From the IMG/VR virus record IMGVR_UViG_3300030100_000622: DNA of 64,000 nucleotides. One strand, given 5' to 3'. Positions 38,932 to 50,250 of the stretch are shown in pieces. Position numbers and translations under genes: made by a program. Source of the stretch: an uncultured virus (IMG/VR IMGVR_UViG_3300030100_000622). Lineage: Duplodnaviria > Heunggongvirae > Uroviricota > Caudoviricetes. The notes beneath the pieces were generated by a model that saw only the letters and a program-made list of their open reading frames with translations, searched no databases and had not been told where the DNA came from. Position 1 is the stretch's first letter; each line of letters opens with the position of its first letter.

Positions 38932-39525
38932 ATGTCAGTATTAGCATTGGATATTGAAACCAAAAATATGTCCTATGAAATAGGCGGATTTGGTAATACC
39001 CATATGTTTCAAGTATCAACTGTTGCTACTTGGGATGGCAATACAGGAACAGTTTATGTTGATGAGCCGGTTGATTCATTTGCTAAATCTGGCCATGTGA
39101 TAAAACCCCTTTCTGAATTAAAATATGATTTAGATAATCATTTTCAGAAAGGGGGTTCTTTGTTAGGACATAATATTGTAGCGTTTGATTTACCTGTTCT
39201 TAGAGATTCTATGGATATTTATTGTATTCACAAGTATCTAAAAGAAGAGAGGTATATTGACACTTCAAAGATTCTATTGAAGGAACATGGCGAAAGATTT
39301 CAACTGAAGAATCTTGTTAAATGTACTATGAATGATGCCAAGTTAATGGATAGTGCAGATGCCCCTAAACTATGGAAAATGGGACAATATGATGAAGTGG
39401 TGGAATATTGTATGAAAGACACACAATTAGTATATGACCTATGGAAATACGGTCAAATAAATGGAATAGTCAAGGCTTTTTCTTTAGAGAAAGCAGAACA
39501 TAAAGATTTAGAGGTGAAGTGGTAA
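38932..39525 (+). CDS. DEDD 3'-5' exonuclease (RNase H-like)
   Basis: LDIET, GHN..FD.P.L, IDT, EYC..D. Confidence 0.88.
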   Translation: MSVLALDIETKNMSYEIGGFGNTHMFQVSTVATWDGNTGTVYVDEPVDSFAKSGHVIKPLSELKYDLDNHFQKGGSLLGHNIVAFDLPVLRDSMDIYCIHKYLKEERYIDTSKILLKEHGERFQLKNLVKCTMNDAKLMDSADAPKLWKMGQYDEVVEYCMKDTQLVYDLWKYGQINGIVKAFSLEKAEHKDLEVKW

Positions 39526-39819
39526 TGACAGGTTGGGATTGGTTCGGTCTGATTACCTTTATCATTATTCTAATGCTTTTGTTCTTTGCGGCATTTGGAG
39601 GTTCTAATATCTCTGATGAAACCGTTGAGGATTATATGAAGCGTTTAATGAAGAATAATGATAAAGGCGGTCTTTGATGAGTCTAAAGCAAAAGTGCATA
39701 TTTTGTAATGAACGCACAATTGCCAAGAGAATTCTTGGCTTTTATGTTGGCTCTAATGAGCAAATCAAATTATGGGAATGCCGGTCATGCAAAGGCATTT
39801 GGTCGGATAAGACCAAAAT

Positions 39820-39856
39820 AGGAGGGGGGGCGTAATGCCCTCCCTCCATTTTTTTT
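39820..39856. terminator. terminator at convergence of replication and virion arms
   Basis: ggaggggggg-cgtaatgc-cctccctcc hairpin + T8. Confidence 0.7.
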
Positions 39857-39892
39857 GGCTTTTTGAATTCTCATAACTCGTTTTTTATTATA

Positions 39893-41278
39893 TCACGCTA
39901 TTCCAATAATCATCCAGCCGGGTGTTAATGGCGCAATTGAGTCATTAACTCCTTGTAAAATAACACCTGTTTGTGGTGCTAATGTTATCGTGCTTGGCGC
40001 AGTTACATATGGATGCCCTGTATCATTTTGGTCTATTGTTTCTCCACCTGTTGCAGTAATAGTAATTGGATTAACAGGGTCTATATTTTTAATGTGATGT
40101 ATTTGTTGTGCCACCGCATTTGGCATAGCAAAGGTATTTCCTATTGGTGCTAAATTAAATGAATAAATTACTTTCTTAGTTAATGTTGGAACAGGAACTC
40201 CTGCCGCCGCATCCAATACTTCAAAACCAGCCAAGAAGTTTGCACCACTAACGCTCACTGTGCCTGTTACCGAAGTAGTAGCGGATATTGCACCTGTAAC
40301 TGATAATGTGGAACCATCAAATTGTGCATTTGCTTCTGCATTCATTCCATCTGTGCCGGTAGCAGTAACTATTCTATTGTTAGCCCCATTAGTCATAAAG
40401 TCCGAGACATCAACTGCAATTGTAGCGGTTGAGCCTTCAGCCGGAGTATGGGTGACATCTATTCCTGTTCCAGCAGAAACATCAGTCATATAGTTTCCAA
40501 CGGTATCTGTTCCTAATGCAACGCTATTTGCTTGTATTGTAGCCGCACCACCAGCCGCTATTGCTATATCTCCCGAAACATTTCCAAAGATTGCATCTTC
40601 TAAATTAGTAAATGAAATCTTTTTCTCAGTACCATTATCAGAGAATACAAAATGGTCTTGAGTTTGATGTAGTCCTGTTCCACCTAATGCTGAATAACCG
40701 TCAATATCTAAACCAATTCCATCTGTTTCAGAACTTGTTAGGTATTGAATATGTCTTGTTGCTTTTGCTTCTCCCTTTTGCATTCTTAATACTGCAATAG
40801 GAATATCCCCGTCACTTAAATCTGCTACTTTATCGACACCGGGAGATTGTCTGATTTTAACTGCGTTTGTTGAATCAACTACAATAAGATGATAGCGATT
40901 AGCACCGGAAGAATCAGCAGTTACTTCTTGAAATTGAATAGAAGTATCAGTCATACTACCACTATGAATTATTTCTGTAATTGTTGCTTCAGTTGTAGCA
41001 TCCATTAAAACTCCGCCTCTAATTACTTTACCTGTTCTAACTGTAATTACAGTTAGACCCGATGAATCATTCATTTGCATATTGAAGTTTTTAGAACCTG
41101 TTCCTGTGCTGGCAGTTAAACCTGCATAGCCTGTTGTAGCCATAGCGTTTAATGCCTTAATTAGACCCGAATGGGGAAAATCCACACCATCAACAGGTTG
41201 CCCTGCTGAACCATTATGTGTGCTATTATCTCCCATTTTTGTTATATATCCACTGTTAATATATTCGTTATCTGCCAT
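39893..41278 (-). CDS. tail fibre-like protein
   Basis: G/T/A/S-rich modules (IQANSVALGTDT.GNY, AGTGI); last gene of tail cluster. Confidence 0.65.
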   Translation of the reverse strand: MADNEYINSGYITKMGDNSTHNGSAGQPVDGVDFPHSGLIKALNAMATTGYAGLTASTGTGSKNFNMQMNDSSGLTVITVRTGKVIRGGVLMDATTEATITEIIHSGSMTDTSIQFQEVTADSSGANRYHLIVVDSTNAVKIRQSPGVDKVADLSDGDIPIAVLRMQKGEAKATRHIQYLTSSETDGIGLDIDGYSALGGTGLHQTQDHFVFSDNGTEKKISFTNLEDAIFGNVSGDIAIAAGGAATIQANSVALGTDTVGNYMTDVSAGTGIDVTHTPAEGSTATIAVDVSDFMTNGANNRIVTATGTDGMNAEANAQFDGSTLSVTGAISATTSVTGTVSVSGANFLAGFEVLDAAAGVPVPTLTKKVIYSFNLAPIGNTFAMPNAVAQQIHHIKNIDPVNPITITATGGETIDQNDTGHPYVTAPSTITLAPQTGVILQGVNDSIAPLTPGWMIIGIA

Positions 41279-41279
41279 A

Positions 41280-41627
41280 TTACTCCACCTCGACTTCTAT
41301 AAAAAATTCGACTTCTTCGCTTGTACTGAAAGGCCCAATTGCATCAAAAGGTATTCTTAGAAGTAAATTACCCGAAGAATCTTCTAAACTAATTTCTCTC
41401 AATGTGCGACCCGTTATTGATGATTCAGAACCTTGTACGGTTACTTTCCATTGAACAGTATTTTCTGCTGACTTTACTCCAATTGCTGATACATTACTGC
41501 TTAACAAAGGAACATCTAATTCTAATTGTGCAGGAGAAGTAGCGTTTCCGCCAGAACCAACATTAGCCTCATTAAATGTACTAATTAAGTAACTTGCTAT
41601 TAGCGATTTTCCTTTATCCGTTATCAT
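41280..41627 (-). CDS. baseplate/tail-fibre attachment-like protein
   Basis: MITDKGK..IA...GSG..T...L..REI.L pattern. Confidence 0.55.
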   Translation of the reverse strand: MITDKGKSLIASYLISTFNEANVGSGGNATSPAQLELDVPLLSSNVSAIGVKSAENTVQWKVTVQGSESSITGRTLREISLEDSSGNLLLRIPFDAIGPFSTSEEVEFFIEVEVE

Positions 41628-44600
41628 AATTCTTCCTCAATTAAGTCTGTATATGTCACCGACTGACCGCCTGTGAATCCCATTGGAGTGGTCGAAGTAT
41701 TTAACACTGAACCGAAACCAAGTGTGGCCCCTCCCGTAGCAAGGCGTTTTCTTATCTTTATTCTAATTTCTTTGACCTTCATACTTTCAAAGTGGTCTGT
41801 TGATTTAGAAGGCTCTTTGAATGTCTTTGCTCTTGTTAGCCCATGTAATTTTTCATTCTCCAATAGAATTTCAGTGAATCTATCCCCTATATTTTTATTG
41901 TTATTTCCTAATTTTAATTTGCTAAAACCATCTAAACTATGTTCTATTTCTATAATTAGGTATCTGCCTCTTTCAATATTTTGTGAAGGAAAAGATATTT
42001 CTATTTCATCAGCAGGTCGTAAAGTGAATAAGTTGTCGCCTCGTACTTCTATGTCCACTAATGTTCCTACATCACTATGTATAGATAATAATTTATTTGC
42101 TCTTGCATCTGCATCTTTTTGAGTGTAAATATTTTCATCAGTAATTTCTAAAGTTTTTCTATTTCCCGTTTCTTTTATGTTTCTAACATTTTTTCTATGT
42201 GATTTTACATTTCTTCCATAAATAATAACTTCATTATATTGGTCGAAAAGTTTTCCTTCTTTTGTAATGCTTCTTATGCTATATTTATCATCTCTTTCAG
42301 AAATCAAAACCTTTGGCTTATTTAGTGAGGAATCTCCATCTCGCAATATGAATTTTTTATCATATAATACTCTTCTATTTTTATTATCTAATATGTAATT
42401 AGCCGCAGTTAGCAAACTGACTCCTTTGAATTCGGGCGATAAAAAGACAGGATATTCGGTGACATCTTGTTTTGTAAATTCTAATCCTTCATCTTCAAAT
42501 AAGTCGTTTAATAAATCATCTGATTCAAAACAAATATTAACTCCGCAACCTATTGTAGCATCTGTATAATTGCCTTTAATCTCTTTTGGAACTGTTATAT
42601 CAAACACTTCACCTATTGAAGTAGCACCAACCATATCTCCTATCTTTGAAAAATTCAATTCATGTATATTTAGGTCAGCCACATAAGAAACAGTAACTTG
42701 AGATTGTAAATTACTTATTCCATCTGTTATTCCTGAAGAAAAGGAATCATTATTATCTAATAATTTATTTGAACCTAAATAATCTGAAGGGGTTCTATAA
42801 ACCAAATGACTGCCCGACCCTTTGTTACTTGGGTCGGCTATAATATACATAGAAGATACTCCTTCACCGAACCCTGTTTCTGAATATATATGCGGAGAAA
42901 CATTATCTTTGTCGGCGGTTCGCACTTCAACAATAAATTTCTCATATCTTTTATTATGGAATCTGAAGGATTTAATATCTTTGTAGCAACTATCACTATA
43001 TGCCATCTTAGTATATTCTGGTGTTAAGGTATTTAATTTAATATTTTTAGGACTAAAATTGTAAAAGGTATTTTCTGCAACTCTCATTACTTTATACACT
43101 TTACCAATAGTGCTGGCATTATCAATTACTATTTGATGTATATTATGTGTACTTGTTCTTTTTATCGTGTGAGAAACAACATAATGAATATAGGTTGGAA
43201 CAGTTTCAAATAATCCTTTAAGTGTTCTATTATGATTAGCCTGTTGTGTAGCATCACTTGTGTAGTATGCTTCAGTTGTTTCTGACGCAGAAACAGTTGG
43301 AGATGAGGAATTCCCGCCATGTTTTTTTACCCCATACTGTTTTCCATGATGGCTAACTAAATAGCAACCTGTTAAATTAGGCGCATAGTTTAACCAAGCG
43401 TTGCTTCTTTGTGATGCTACATCACTACCATCTAAATCTCTAATAGTGAACTCAAATAACTTAGTGTTTCCTCCACCAACAGTAGTGACGATTTGAGAAG
43501 CAGTATAACAGTTTGTGCCAAATTTATCCACAAATTCAAGATATGGTTTGAACAACATATATGCACCATCAGCAATATATGGTGATTTACCATCAGTGCT
43601 TTCCACTCCTTCACTTTCATAAAATCCAAATCCTTGCTCTGTTTTAGTTTCTAACATTATTTTATGATGCAGGTGAGCCGTTCTTCTTTCTAACAAAGGA
43701 ACAGATTTTGTTATTTGAGATGAGGTCATACCTGCACTTATTTCTGCTTGTCCTCCATCTTCAATATCGAACCTATCTAAAAACACAGGCAAAGTATGAG
43801 AGTATAAGTTTTGAAGATGATTTTCAGTGCTTGCAAGGCTCTTAACTACTTCTGAAATATGCAGGTTATTTTCGGTATGAACCAACGATTCATCAAGAGC
43901 AAGGCTATATTTTAATTCTCTTGCTGATGGTGAAAAATCATTATATCTTTCATTAAAATAACAATATTCCATAATTAGATATTTATTTCCATAAGTTTGG
44001 TTTGCGGCAGTCTTTCCTAAATATATACCATCTGATAGCCAAATATGATATTGAACATTATTAGTTAATGCTGATGTAGCGGCAGTCACTAATAGACAAT
44101 AATCATATTGGCCCGAATAAGGCTCATTTCGTATTCTATATCCTTGATAGTCGTTTTGTGGTGGATTAACATAATTTACATCTATTCCGCTTGCACCTGC
44201 GGCAGTCAGTAATTTATGGTCTGCTGTTCTTCCTTTTAATGAATAATAATCCCCTGTCCAATTATTTCCAGCCTCAGAATATCCGCCACCTATCGAGCCA
44301 CCTACTCTATGTAATAAAGAGATTTTAATTCCTCTCATTGTGTTAGTACCCTCCGGCCCATAATCTGCGGCTTGGGCTTGGTGGTTTTCTTGTGTAGTAC
44401 CTGTTACGCCTGTATTATCTTGTAAAAGTAATTCATGTGCATTAGCAGTATTATTTATGGCATCCGACCGACTCAAAGAAACATCTTCTGTTGTTTCTTC
44501 TATTGTATCAATTATACGAACACCGGATAATGTTGTTAATGTTGCCGCAGAAGCAGAAAAAGTTGGTGGCAAAGCAACGCTGGCTGTTCTTTCTTCTGAA

Positions 44601-47600
44601 GCCAAGTTATCAACTAAACTATACTTGGTATCTCCGCTATTACTTGGCAAATACAAATCATGGTAAGCATCTCCATTATCTTCTGCATAGCCATCCATAG
44701 TACCTGTTGCGCCCGCTTCATTATTCATAACTGCGCCTTTTAACATATGAATTTCGCCATCTTCGGGCATAGATGTAAATGTGTCTTTAGCCCCATGTCC
44801 TCTTATGTATAAGTCATTATATTCTGCACTATCATCAACAATAGCATACACTTCTGTATCTATTCCCGTAGTGAGAGCAAGACCATCATTGATATGTGGG
44901 CCGGTAATTCCATATTTAGAACTAAATTGAATTAAAGCCGCCCATGTTTGTGAAGCGGCATATCCGATATAATGACCTCCTGCACTAAAGAAAAGATAAT
45001 TTTTTGCTTCTAAATCTGGAATATCATTAAGAACCATTCTATTATTAGATGTATCATAACTGTTTATGACTAATGCACCACCACCAGCGTTTTTGACTCT
45101 TGCATAATTAGTCATTCTATTGGCAGTTTCCAACTTCAATGTTTTATTTTTATCCGGCAAGTTTTCTGCATCAACTGAATTAAAATGCCAATCCAATGTC
45201 ATTTCGACAAGCCTTAACATGCTAAACTTCTTTAGTGAATTTATTGTTGGCGCAGAATTTATTATAGCAACAGGGCTATTATCATCGGTATCAGAAATAG
45301 AAACTCCGCCTCCTACATAAGCACTATGAGAATTAGAAACATTAGAAAGAGTGCCTTTATTCCTCAACATAATACTAAAGTCTGTTAAATCTCTTGAGCC
45401 ATAATACAGACTTGTTTTTCTTAAATCAGATTCCGGCAATAAATCACAAGTAGTAAATAAGAAATTTCTTGACACTTTAGAATCCATTTGCCTAAGTGTT
45501 CTTTCCCATGTTCTTGCCACACTTGCATTTAGAACATGAGGTAATCCAGCAATAGGGTATCTAATTCTTGATGACATATTCCCTAAATAGTAATCAAAGA
45601 AATTACTTCCTCTTGATGGCTTGTTTCCTCTTCTTTCATAAAATCCTTGTAACTGTTTTATATTACTAAAAGAAGAATCATCTTGGTCTGTTTCAGTAAA
45701 AGATGGCGTAGTGATATAAGAAGGAGTGAATCTATGAGAAATAGCATAATAATTTGTTTGGCTTCTAACATCATAGTAAATTGTATTATTGCTCTCTTCA
45801 TTCAAAGTGGTTGTATCTGTGCCGTTTAACTTTATTTGGGGTAAATCACCAATTGGGTATTCATCGAGAGCATTATAGTTTCCTTGCTCTAAATCAACAA
45901 ACTTGTAATATGGAGAACCGTATCTTTTAATGTAATTAGTAGTAATTGTGGCATCTCCCGCATCATGTATGTTTATATTAAATGGCAATAAACCAGAAGT
46001 ATTGCTAACTATTGGACTTGCCAATTGTATTAAAGAAGCGGGCCTATTTATGAAATACATATCGGTTGTATTTTTTTGAGTTAATTTGTAAATATTATCT
46101 CCATTACTTGCAGTGGCTTCTCTATCTAATCTAATTTCATTATAAGAGTAATGTGAAGCCCCGCTACCAGAACCGGCTTCTGCACGAATAAAATATCCTT
46201 GGAATGTAAATACTCCACTATTTTCTGTAAATACAGGTTCGCCTCTTTTGAAATGAGTTTGAATTGCGGCAGAAGAGGTAGTTATTCCTGTTTTAGATAT
46301 AGAAGTACCTTGCGCATCCATAGTAGTATCTTTTAATTTCATATAGTCACTTTCATATACATCGGGACTTGTATCTGTGAGAACAAACTCTTGGTTTGTA
46401 GTTACATCATTTCTATCAACTCTGCCTAAATATAATCCGACTCTTGGGGCAAGACTAATTGTTGTGGACTTATCTTCAGCAGTGGTTTTTAATACAATAA
46501 AATCACTTAACCCATTAACTACATTATGACTAAAGTAATTCCCTGATACATCATCTTTTAGTTTTGCTTGAAACGCTCTGTCTTTTTTGACATTACCGAC
46601 ACTTTCAAAGTTATATCCAACTCCTTCAGCATTTGTGCTTTCTGATGTTCCGGCCAATAAAAACTCTTTATTTCCTGTTGTAGTATAAATTGGCGGGTCT
46701 GCTGTGGTTCTGCTTGATACTGAAACACCACTTGTAAAGAATATTCCTTTATCTGATGCGCCTTCTATTGAACTAACAGTATTGGAGTTTGTAGCACTTG
46801 AACTTAGTGCCTTTTTGAAAGTATAATGTTTGTTAATAGAACCAACATATAGTTGAGAACCATAGGCCGCAGTAGCACAAGAACCAAATTCTAAGGTATA
46901 AGAACCCGGCCCTGATGGGCTTATTACAGAAACAAGTCCTATAAAATCTCCATCAGAATTATACAAAGCATCTCCAACTGATAGATTATTAATTACTCCC
47001 GAAACCCCAACAGAAGTATTGTTTAGTGTTAATGCAACAGCAAAAGTAATGTCTGTGCCATTTGCTTTTTTAGCCTTAGATATATTAGATAAAGGCGACA
47101 TAGAAGAATGAATTAAATCTGCACTAAATAATGTGTTTTTATTTATGATGGGGCTAATTAATTTAGAGAAATCATTACGGCCAGCAATTTCAACAACAGG
47201 CTGACCCATTTCAGTATCTTCTATTATTTCTTCTATTTTGCCATCAAAGATTTCTAAATCAATAGTAAAACTACCGAAGTTATAATCAATGCTTGTTTTA
47301 GAATCGGCTTCTGTTCTATAATGCGTTCTTTCTGGTTCTAATCTAAAATACTGATGTGTTTTATCCCCAAAAGAAACTCGTATTTCCTTTTCAGTATAGT
47401 TTCCTCCTGCTAAGGTAACTATGGCATTACTAAATCTTGATTCATTATATGAACCCAATGTAATATTATTTATTTTGTAAGTTAAACTGTCTATATCTAA
47501 AGGATGGTCTGTTAATGCACTTAGTCCTGTATAGGTGACATCAGTATCTAATTCTAAAGTAGTCATTAGTGTTCTTGTTTTGGGCGACCACATTCTTCTG

Positions 47601-49018
47601 TAAATCTTATCTCCTGCACTAAATGGGGCAGAGCCATGATTTGTAAAGGTGGATTCTGTTTCTAATCTCCAATAAGATTGGCACACAACAGTATGTAATG
47701 AAGAAGAAGGCGCACTTATGGTGCTAATAAAACCAATATAATCACCAATTTTAACTTCTTCATGTTGGCCCCAAAGTGTTCTGGCATCATAATCTGCTTC
47801 TGTCTTAAATTTGAGATTTGTACTACCACTTGTAATTGAATCTAATGTTAATTTTGTTTCAAACCAGCCTCTCAATTGACCTTCGCTAATTTTTTCTTTT
47901 AGAACATATTTATCATTTAGAGCATTCTTTGAAGTAAAGGTTCTATTTCCATCAACTATTTTAGTTTCGGCAAAACTCGCTCTATCTTTCATTGAAGAGA
48001 ATGCTCTTGAACTAAACATATCTATTACTTTATTCAATACTTTAGGAGATTCTTCATAGTGTAAATAGGTATAAGGGCCAACTCTTCCAGCAGTACCGTT
48101 AGAGTCATCGGTATCTCTTCTAATATTAGGAAAATTAGTAGTATAATTTGTAAATTCCGTAACTGCGGAAAATTGGTTTCTATCATCATAATAAAAAGAA
48201 GCCGAACTTGAAGTTGCTGGATTATCCATTTTTCTTTTATTATCTATTAATGTAGTGGATAATGTAAATTTACTGTTATCTATTATTTTTAAGTGAGCAT
48301 CTTGAACAGTAACAAATATTGAAGTAAAATCACTTAGAGTAATTGCTGAATTATCTGTGCTATAATTATAACATAATCTATATTTGGTATTGTGGTCTAA
48401 TTCATTCTTTTTGTTTAATCTATCGTTGTAAAAAAACCAAAGCGGCCTTGCAACTATAAAATTAGTTAAGTGTGTGTCATCAGTAGTAGTAACTAATGCA
48501 CCAGCAGAAATAGCAACTACCGAAGTATCTGTTACTGCTGGCCCTTTGAATACAATAAACTTAGTGCCTTTTGGTATTTCACTACCTAATTTGGGAGTAA
48601 ATTCTAAAGCATCTCCTTCGACATCATCTGTGACTTCAGCAGTAATTTTAGCAAAATGATGTTGTTTATTGTCATCAGCAAATAAAAGAATAAAATAATC
48701 ATGCGTTGTTAAATTAATAGAATTATATTGTTGTCCTGTTTGAGTTTCATTAAAAAATGTCTTTACTCGATAACCGGGAGTTTTTGCTAAATTTTCACCA
48801 TAAGAATTATATGCGCCCGTTGTTTCTTTAACCATAGTAGTGGCTGTACTTGCATCAATTCTTATTTCTGCACATATGTATTTATTGTTTCTTGCATTAG
48901 TATTTGTAATAGAAGGATTTGTAGGACAATCAAAATTAACATTAAAACCGGCATTATTCCAAGTAGTGTTAATCGCAGTGTCTTTGTGAACACCTGTTTT
49001 ACGAACATATACTGCCAT
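41624..49018 (-). CDS. giant tail tip/hub protein (2464 aa)
   Basis: uninterrupted ORF after distal tail genes; C-terminus like phage hub proteins (NEVIIYG, L.P.D.I.I, Y.I.EIEH). Confidence 0.7.
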   Translation of the reverse strand: MAVYVRKTGVHKDTAINTTWNNAGFNVNFDCPTNPSITNTNARNNKYICAEIRIDASTATTMVKETTGAYNSYGENLAKTPGYRVKTFFNETQTGQQYNSINLTTHDYFILLFADDNKQHHFAKITAEVTDDVEGDALEFTPKLGSEIPKGTKFIVFKGPAVTDTSVVAISAGALVTTTDDTHLTNFIVARPLWFFYNDRLNKKNELDHNTKYRLCYNYSTDNSAITLSDFTSIFVTVQDAHLKIIDNSKFTLSTTLIDNKRKMDNPATSSSASFYYDDRNQFSAVTEFTNYTTNFPNIRRDTDDSNGTAGRVGPYTYLHYEESPKVLNKVIDMFSSRAFSSMKDRASFAETKIVDGNRTFTSKNALNDKYVLKEKISEGQLRGWFETKLTLDSITSGSTNLKFKTEADYDARTLWGQHEEVKIGDYIGFISTISAPSSSLHTVVCQSYWRLETESTFTNHGSAPFSAGDKIYRRMWSPKTRTLMTTLELDTDVTYTGLSALTDHPLDIDSLTYKINNITLGSYNESRFSNAIVTLAGGNYTEKEIRVSFGDKTHQYFRLEPERTHYRTEADSKTSIDYNFGSFTIDLEIFDGKIEEIIEDTEMGQPVVEIAGRNDFSKLISPIINKNTLFSADLIHSSMSPLSNISKAKKANGTDITFAVALTLNNTSVGVSGVINNLSVGDALYNSDGDFIGLVSVISPSGPGSYTLEFGSCATAAYGSQLYVGSINKHYTFKKALSSSATNSNTVSSIEGASDKGIFFTSGVSVSSRTTADPPIYTTTGNKEFLLAGTSESTNAEGVGYNFESVGNVKKDRAFQAKLKDDVSGNYFSHNVVNGLSDFIVLKTTAEDKSTTISLAPRVGLYLGRVDRNDVTTNQEFVLTDTSPDVYESDYMKLKDTTMDAQGTSISKTGITTSSAAIQTHFKRGEPVFTENSGVFTFQGYFIRAEAGSGSGASHYSYNEIRLDREATASNGDNIYKLTQKNTTDMYFINRPASLIQLASPIVSNTSGLLPFNINIHDAGDATITTNYIKRYGSPYYKFVDLEQGNYNALDEYPIGDLPQIKLNGTDTTTLNEESNNTIYYDVRSQTNYYAISHRFTPSYITTPSFTETDQDDSSFSNIKQLQGFYERRGNKPSRGSNFFDYYLGNMSSRIRYPIAGLPHVLNASVARTWERTLRQMDSKVSRNFLFTTCDLLPESDLRKTSLYYGSRDLTDFSIMLRNKGTLSNVSNSHSAYVGGGVSISDTDDNSPVAIINSAPTINSLKKFSMLRLVEMTLDWHFNSVDAENLPDKNKTLKLETANRMTNYARVKNAGGGALVINSYDTSNNRMVLNDIPDLEAKNYLFFSAGGHYIGYAASQTWAALIQFSSKYGITGPHINDGLALTTGIDTEVYAIVDDSAEYNDLYIRGHGAKDTFTSMPEDGEIHMLKGAVMNNEAGATGTMDGYAEDNGDAYHDLYLPSNSGDTKYSLVDNLASEERTASVALPPTFSASAATLTTLSGVRIIDTIEETTEDVSLSRSDAINNTANAHELLLQDNTGVTGTTQENHQAQAADYGPEGTNTMRGIKISLLHRVGGSIGGGYSEAGNNWTGDYYSLKGRTADHKLLTAAGASGIDVNYVNPPQNDYQGYRIRNEPYSGQYDYCLLVTAATSALTNNVQYHIWLSDGIYLGKTAANQTYGNKYLIMEYCYFNERYNDFSPSARELKYSLALDESLVHTENNLHISEVVKSLASTENHLQNLYSHTLPVFLDRFDIEDGGQAEISAGMTSSQITKSVPLLERRTAHLHHKIMLETKTEQGFGFYESEGVESTDGKSPYIADGAYMLFKPYLEFVDKFGTNCYTASQIVTTVGGGNTKLFEFTIRDLDGSDVASQRSNAWLNYAPNLTGCYLVSHHGKQYGVKKHGGNSSSPTVSASETTEAYYTSDATQQANHNRTLKGLFETVPTYIHYVVSHTIKRTSTHNIHQIVIDNASTIGKVYKVMRVAENTFYNFSPKNIKLNTLTPEYTKMAYSDSCYKDIKSFRFHNKRYEKFIVEVRTADKDNVSPHIYSETGFGEGVSSMYIIADPSNKGSGSHLVYRTPSDYLGSNKLLDNNDSFSSGITDGISNLQSQVTVSYVADLNIHELNFSKIGDMVGATSIGEVFDITVPKEIKGNYTDATIGCGVNICFESDDLLNDLFEDEGLEFTKQDVTEYPVFLSPEFKGVSLLTAANYILDNKNRRVLYDKKFILRDGDSSLNKPKVLISERDDKYSIRSITKEGKLFDQYNEVIIYGRNVKSHRKNVRNIKETGNRKTLEITDENIYTQKDADARANKLLSIHSDVGTLVDIEVRGDNLFTLRPADEIEISFPSQNIERGRYLIIEIEHSLDGFSKLKLGNNNKNIGDRFTEILLENEKLHGLTRAKTFKEPSKSTDHFESMKVKEIRIKIRKRLATGGATLGFGSVLNTSTTPMGFTGGQSVTYTDLIEEEL

Positions 49019-50250
49019 TACATATCCACCTCTTCAAATGTCAAAAATAGTAATGATTTGTCGTGATAGGGATAAAGTGATTTTCCATTAAAAGCAGAAT
49101 GAGTATGTGTAGTCATGCTTAATTCGTGAAAGACTCCATAAAATTGACTATTAGTATATCCTATATGGTCTGGGAAAGAAGATACCGTAGCGTGTGTGTT
49201 TGTTCCATTTGCACCTAAGTATAAATCTTCAGCCGCTAATTGAAAATCATTATCATTTTCATTATGTGTAACTGTTTTAATGGGTTTGCCATTAAATAGA
49301 ATACTTAGTTTTCGAGTAGCATTATCAAATGAAACTCCTATATGATAAGAATTATTTACATAATTTGCTTCTTTCGGGGCTTTTTGATAAATTGTTTCTG
49401 AATTCAAAGACGAAGAGGGAGTACCACTAAGATATACAGTAGTAGTGCTTAATGTTGGCCAACCCGAACCAAAAACAACCGTACCGATTGATTTGAAACT
49501 AAATCCTCTTTTAACAAATAATTCTTGGCCTAAATGATATTTGTTAGATGCAGGGTTTGTTCCCGATGTAAAAGATGCGCCGCCTCCATGTGCGCTACCT
49601 CCTAATGTTTCTATTTTAGTATGAGTTAATCTTCCTTGACGGTCAAAACCACCTGTTAGAATATCAGCAGTATAGGTGGATGGTTGAATATGGTCGGGGA
49701 AAATTAAGGTGTCACTAACTAATGTAGTGGTTGTGCTACCCGTAGTTAATTGTACTTCTAACTTATATGATGCAGGATTGTTAGTATTAACTGTATGATA
49801 TGTGCCATGTAATACATCATTAGTAGCATTACATAAGTATATTTTCAAATTAGTGCTGTAAAATATAGCCATCTTATGATTTGCTCGAATGACCGCTTGA
49901 GTAGCATGTGTTCTTGGTAAATGCTTATCGGAGTAATAGCCAGAAGTAGTAGTATATGGCGAAGTATATTCTCCATCGGGAAATGTCTTTTTTGAATTGG
50001 TGACAGTTGTTGCTGATGTTCCCGTAGTATGATTACCACTACCGTTCACATCATATGGAGTAATTATTGCATCAAAACAAAATGAACCCTTATGCCCCCA
50101 AATGCCATAAGGTATGTCATTTGAAGTATCTGCATCTGAACCAATATCCGGTATATTATCTTGATAATCTATTTTAATACAGCCATTACACATTACAGGA
50201 AAAACCAATCCTTTTTTATTTCCTATTGATAATGTCTGCATAATAATCAC
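49018..50250 (-). CDS. tail protein with LamG/ConA-like domain
   Basis: YHIGVSFD...L..NG, LYLGAN, FYG..HEL. Confidence 0.6.
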   Translation of the reverse strand: MIIMQTLSIGNKKGLVFPVMCNGCIKIDYQDNIPDIGSDADTSNDIPYGIWGHKGSFCFDAIITPYDVNGSGNHTTGTSATTVTNSKKTFPDGEYTSPYTTTSGYYSDKHLPRTHATQAVIRANHKMAIFYSTNLKIYLCNATNDVLHGTYHTVNTNNPASYKLEVQLTTGSTTTTLVSDTLIFPDHIQPSTYTADILTGGFDRQGRLTHTKIETLGGSAHGGGASFTSGTNPASNKYHLGQELFVKRGFSFKSIGTVVFGSGWPTLSTTTVYLSGTPSSSLNSETIYQKAPKEANYVNNSYHIGVSFDNATRKLSILFNGKPIKTVTHNENDNDFQLAAEDLYLGANGTNTHATVSSFPDHIGYTNSQFYGVFHELSMTTHTHSAFNGKSLYPYHDKSLLFLTFEEVDM

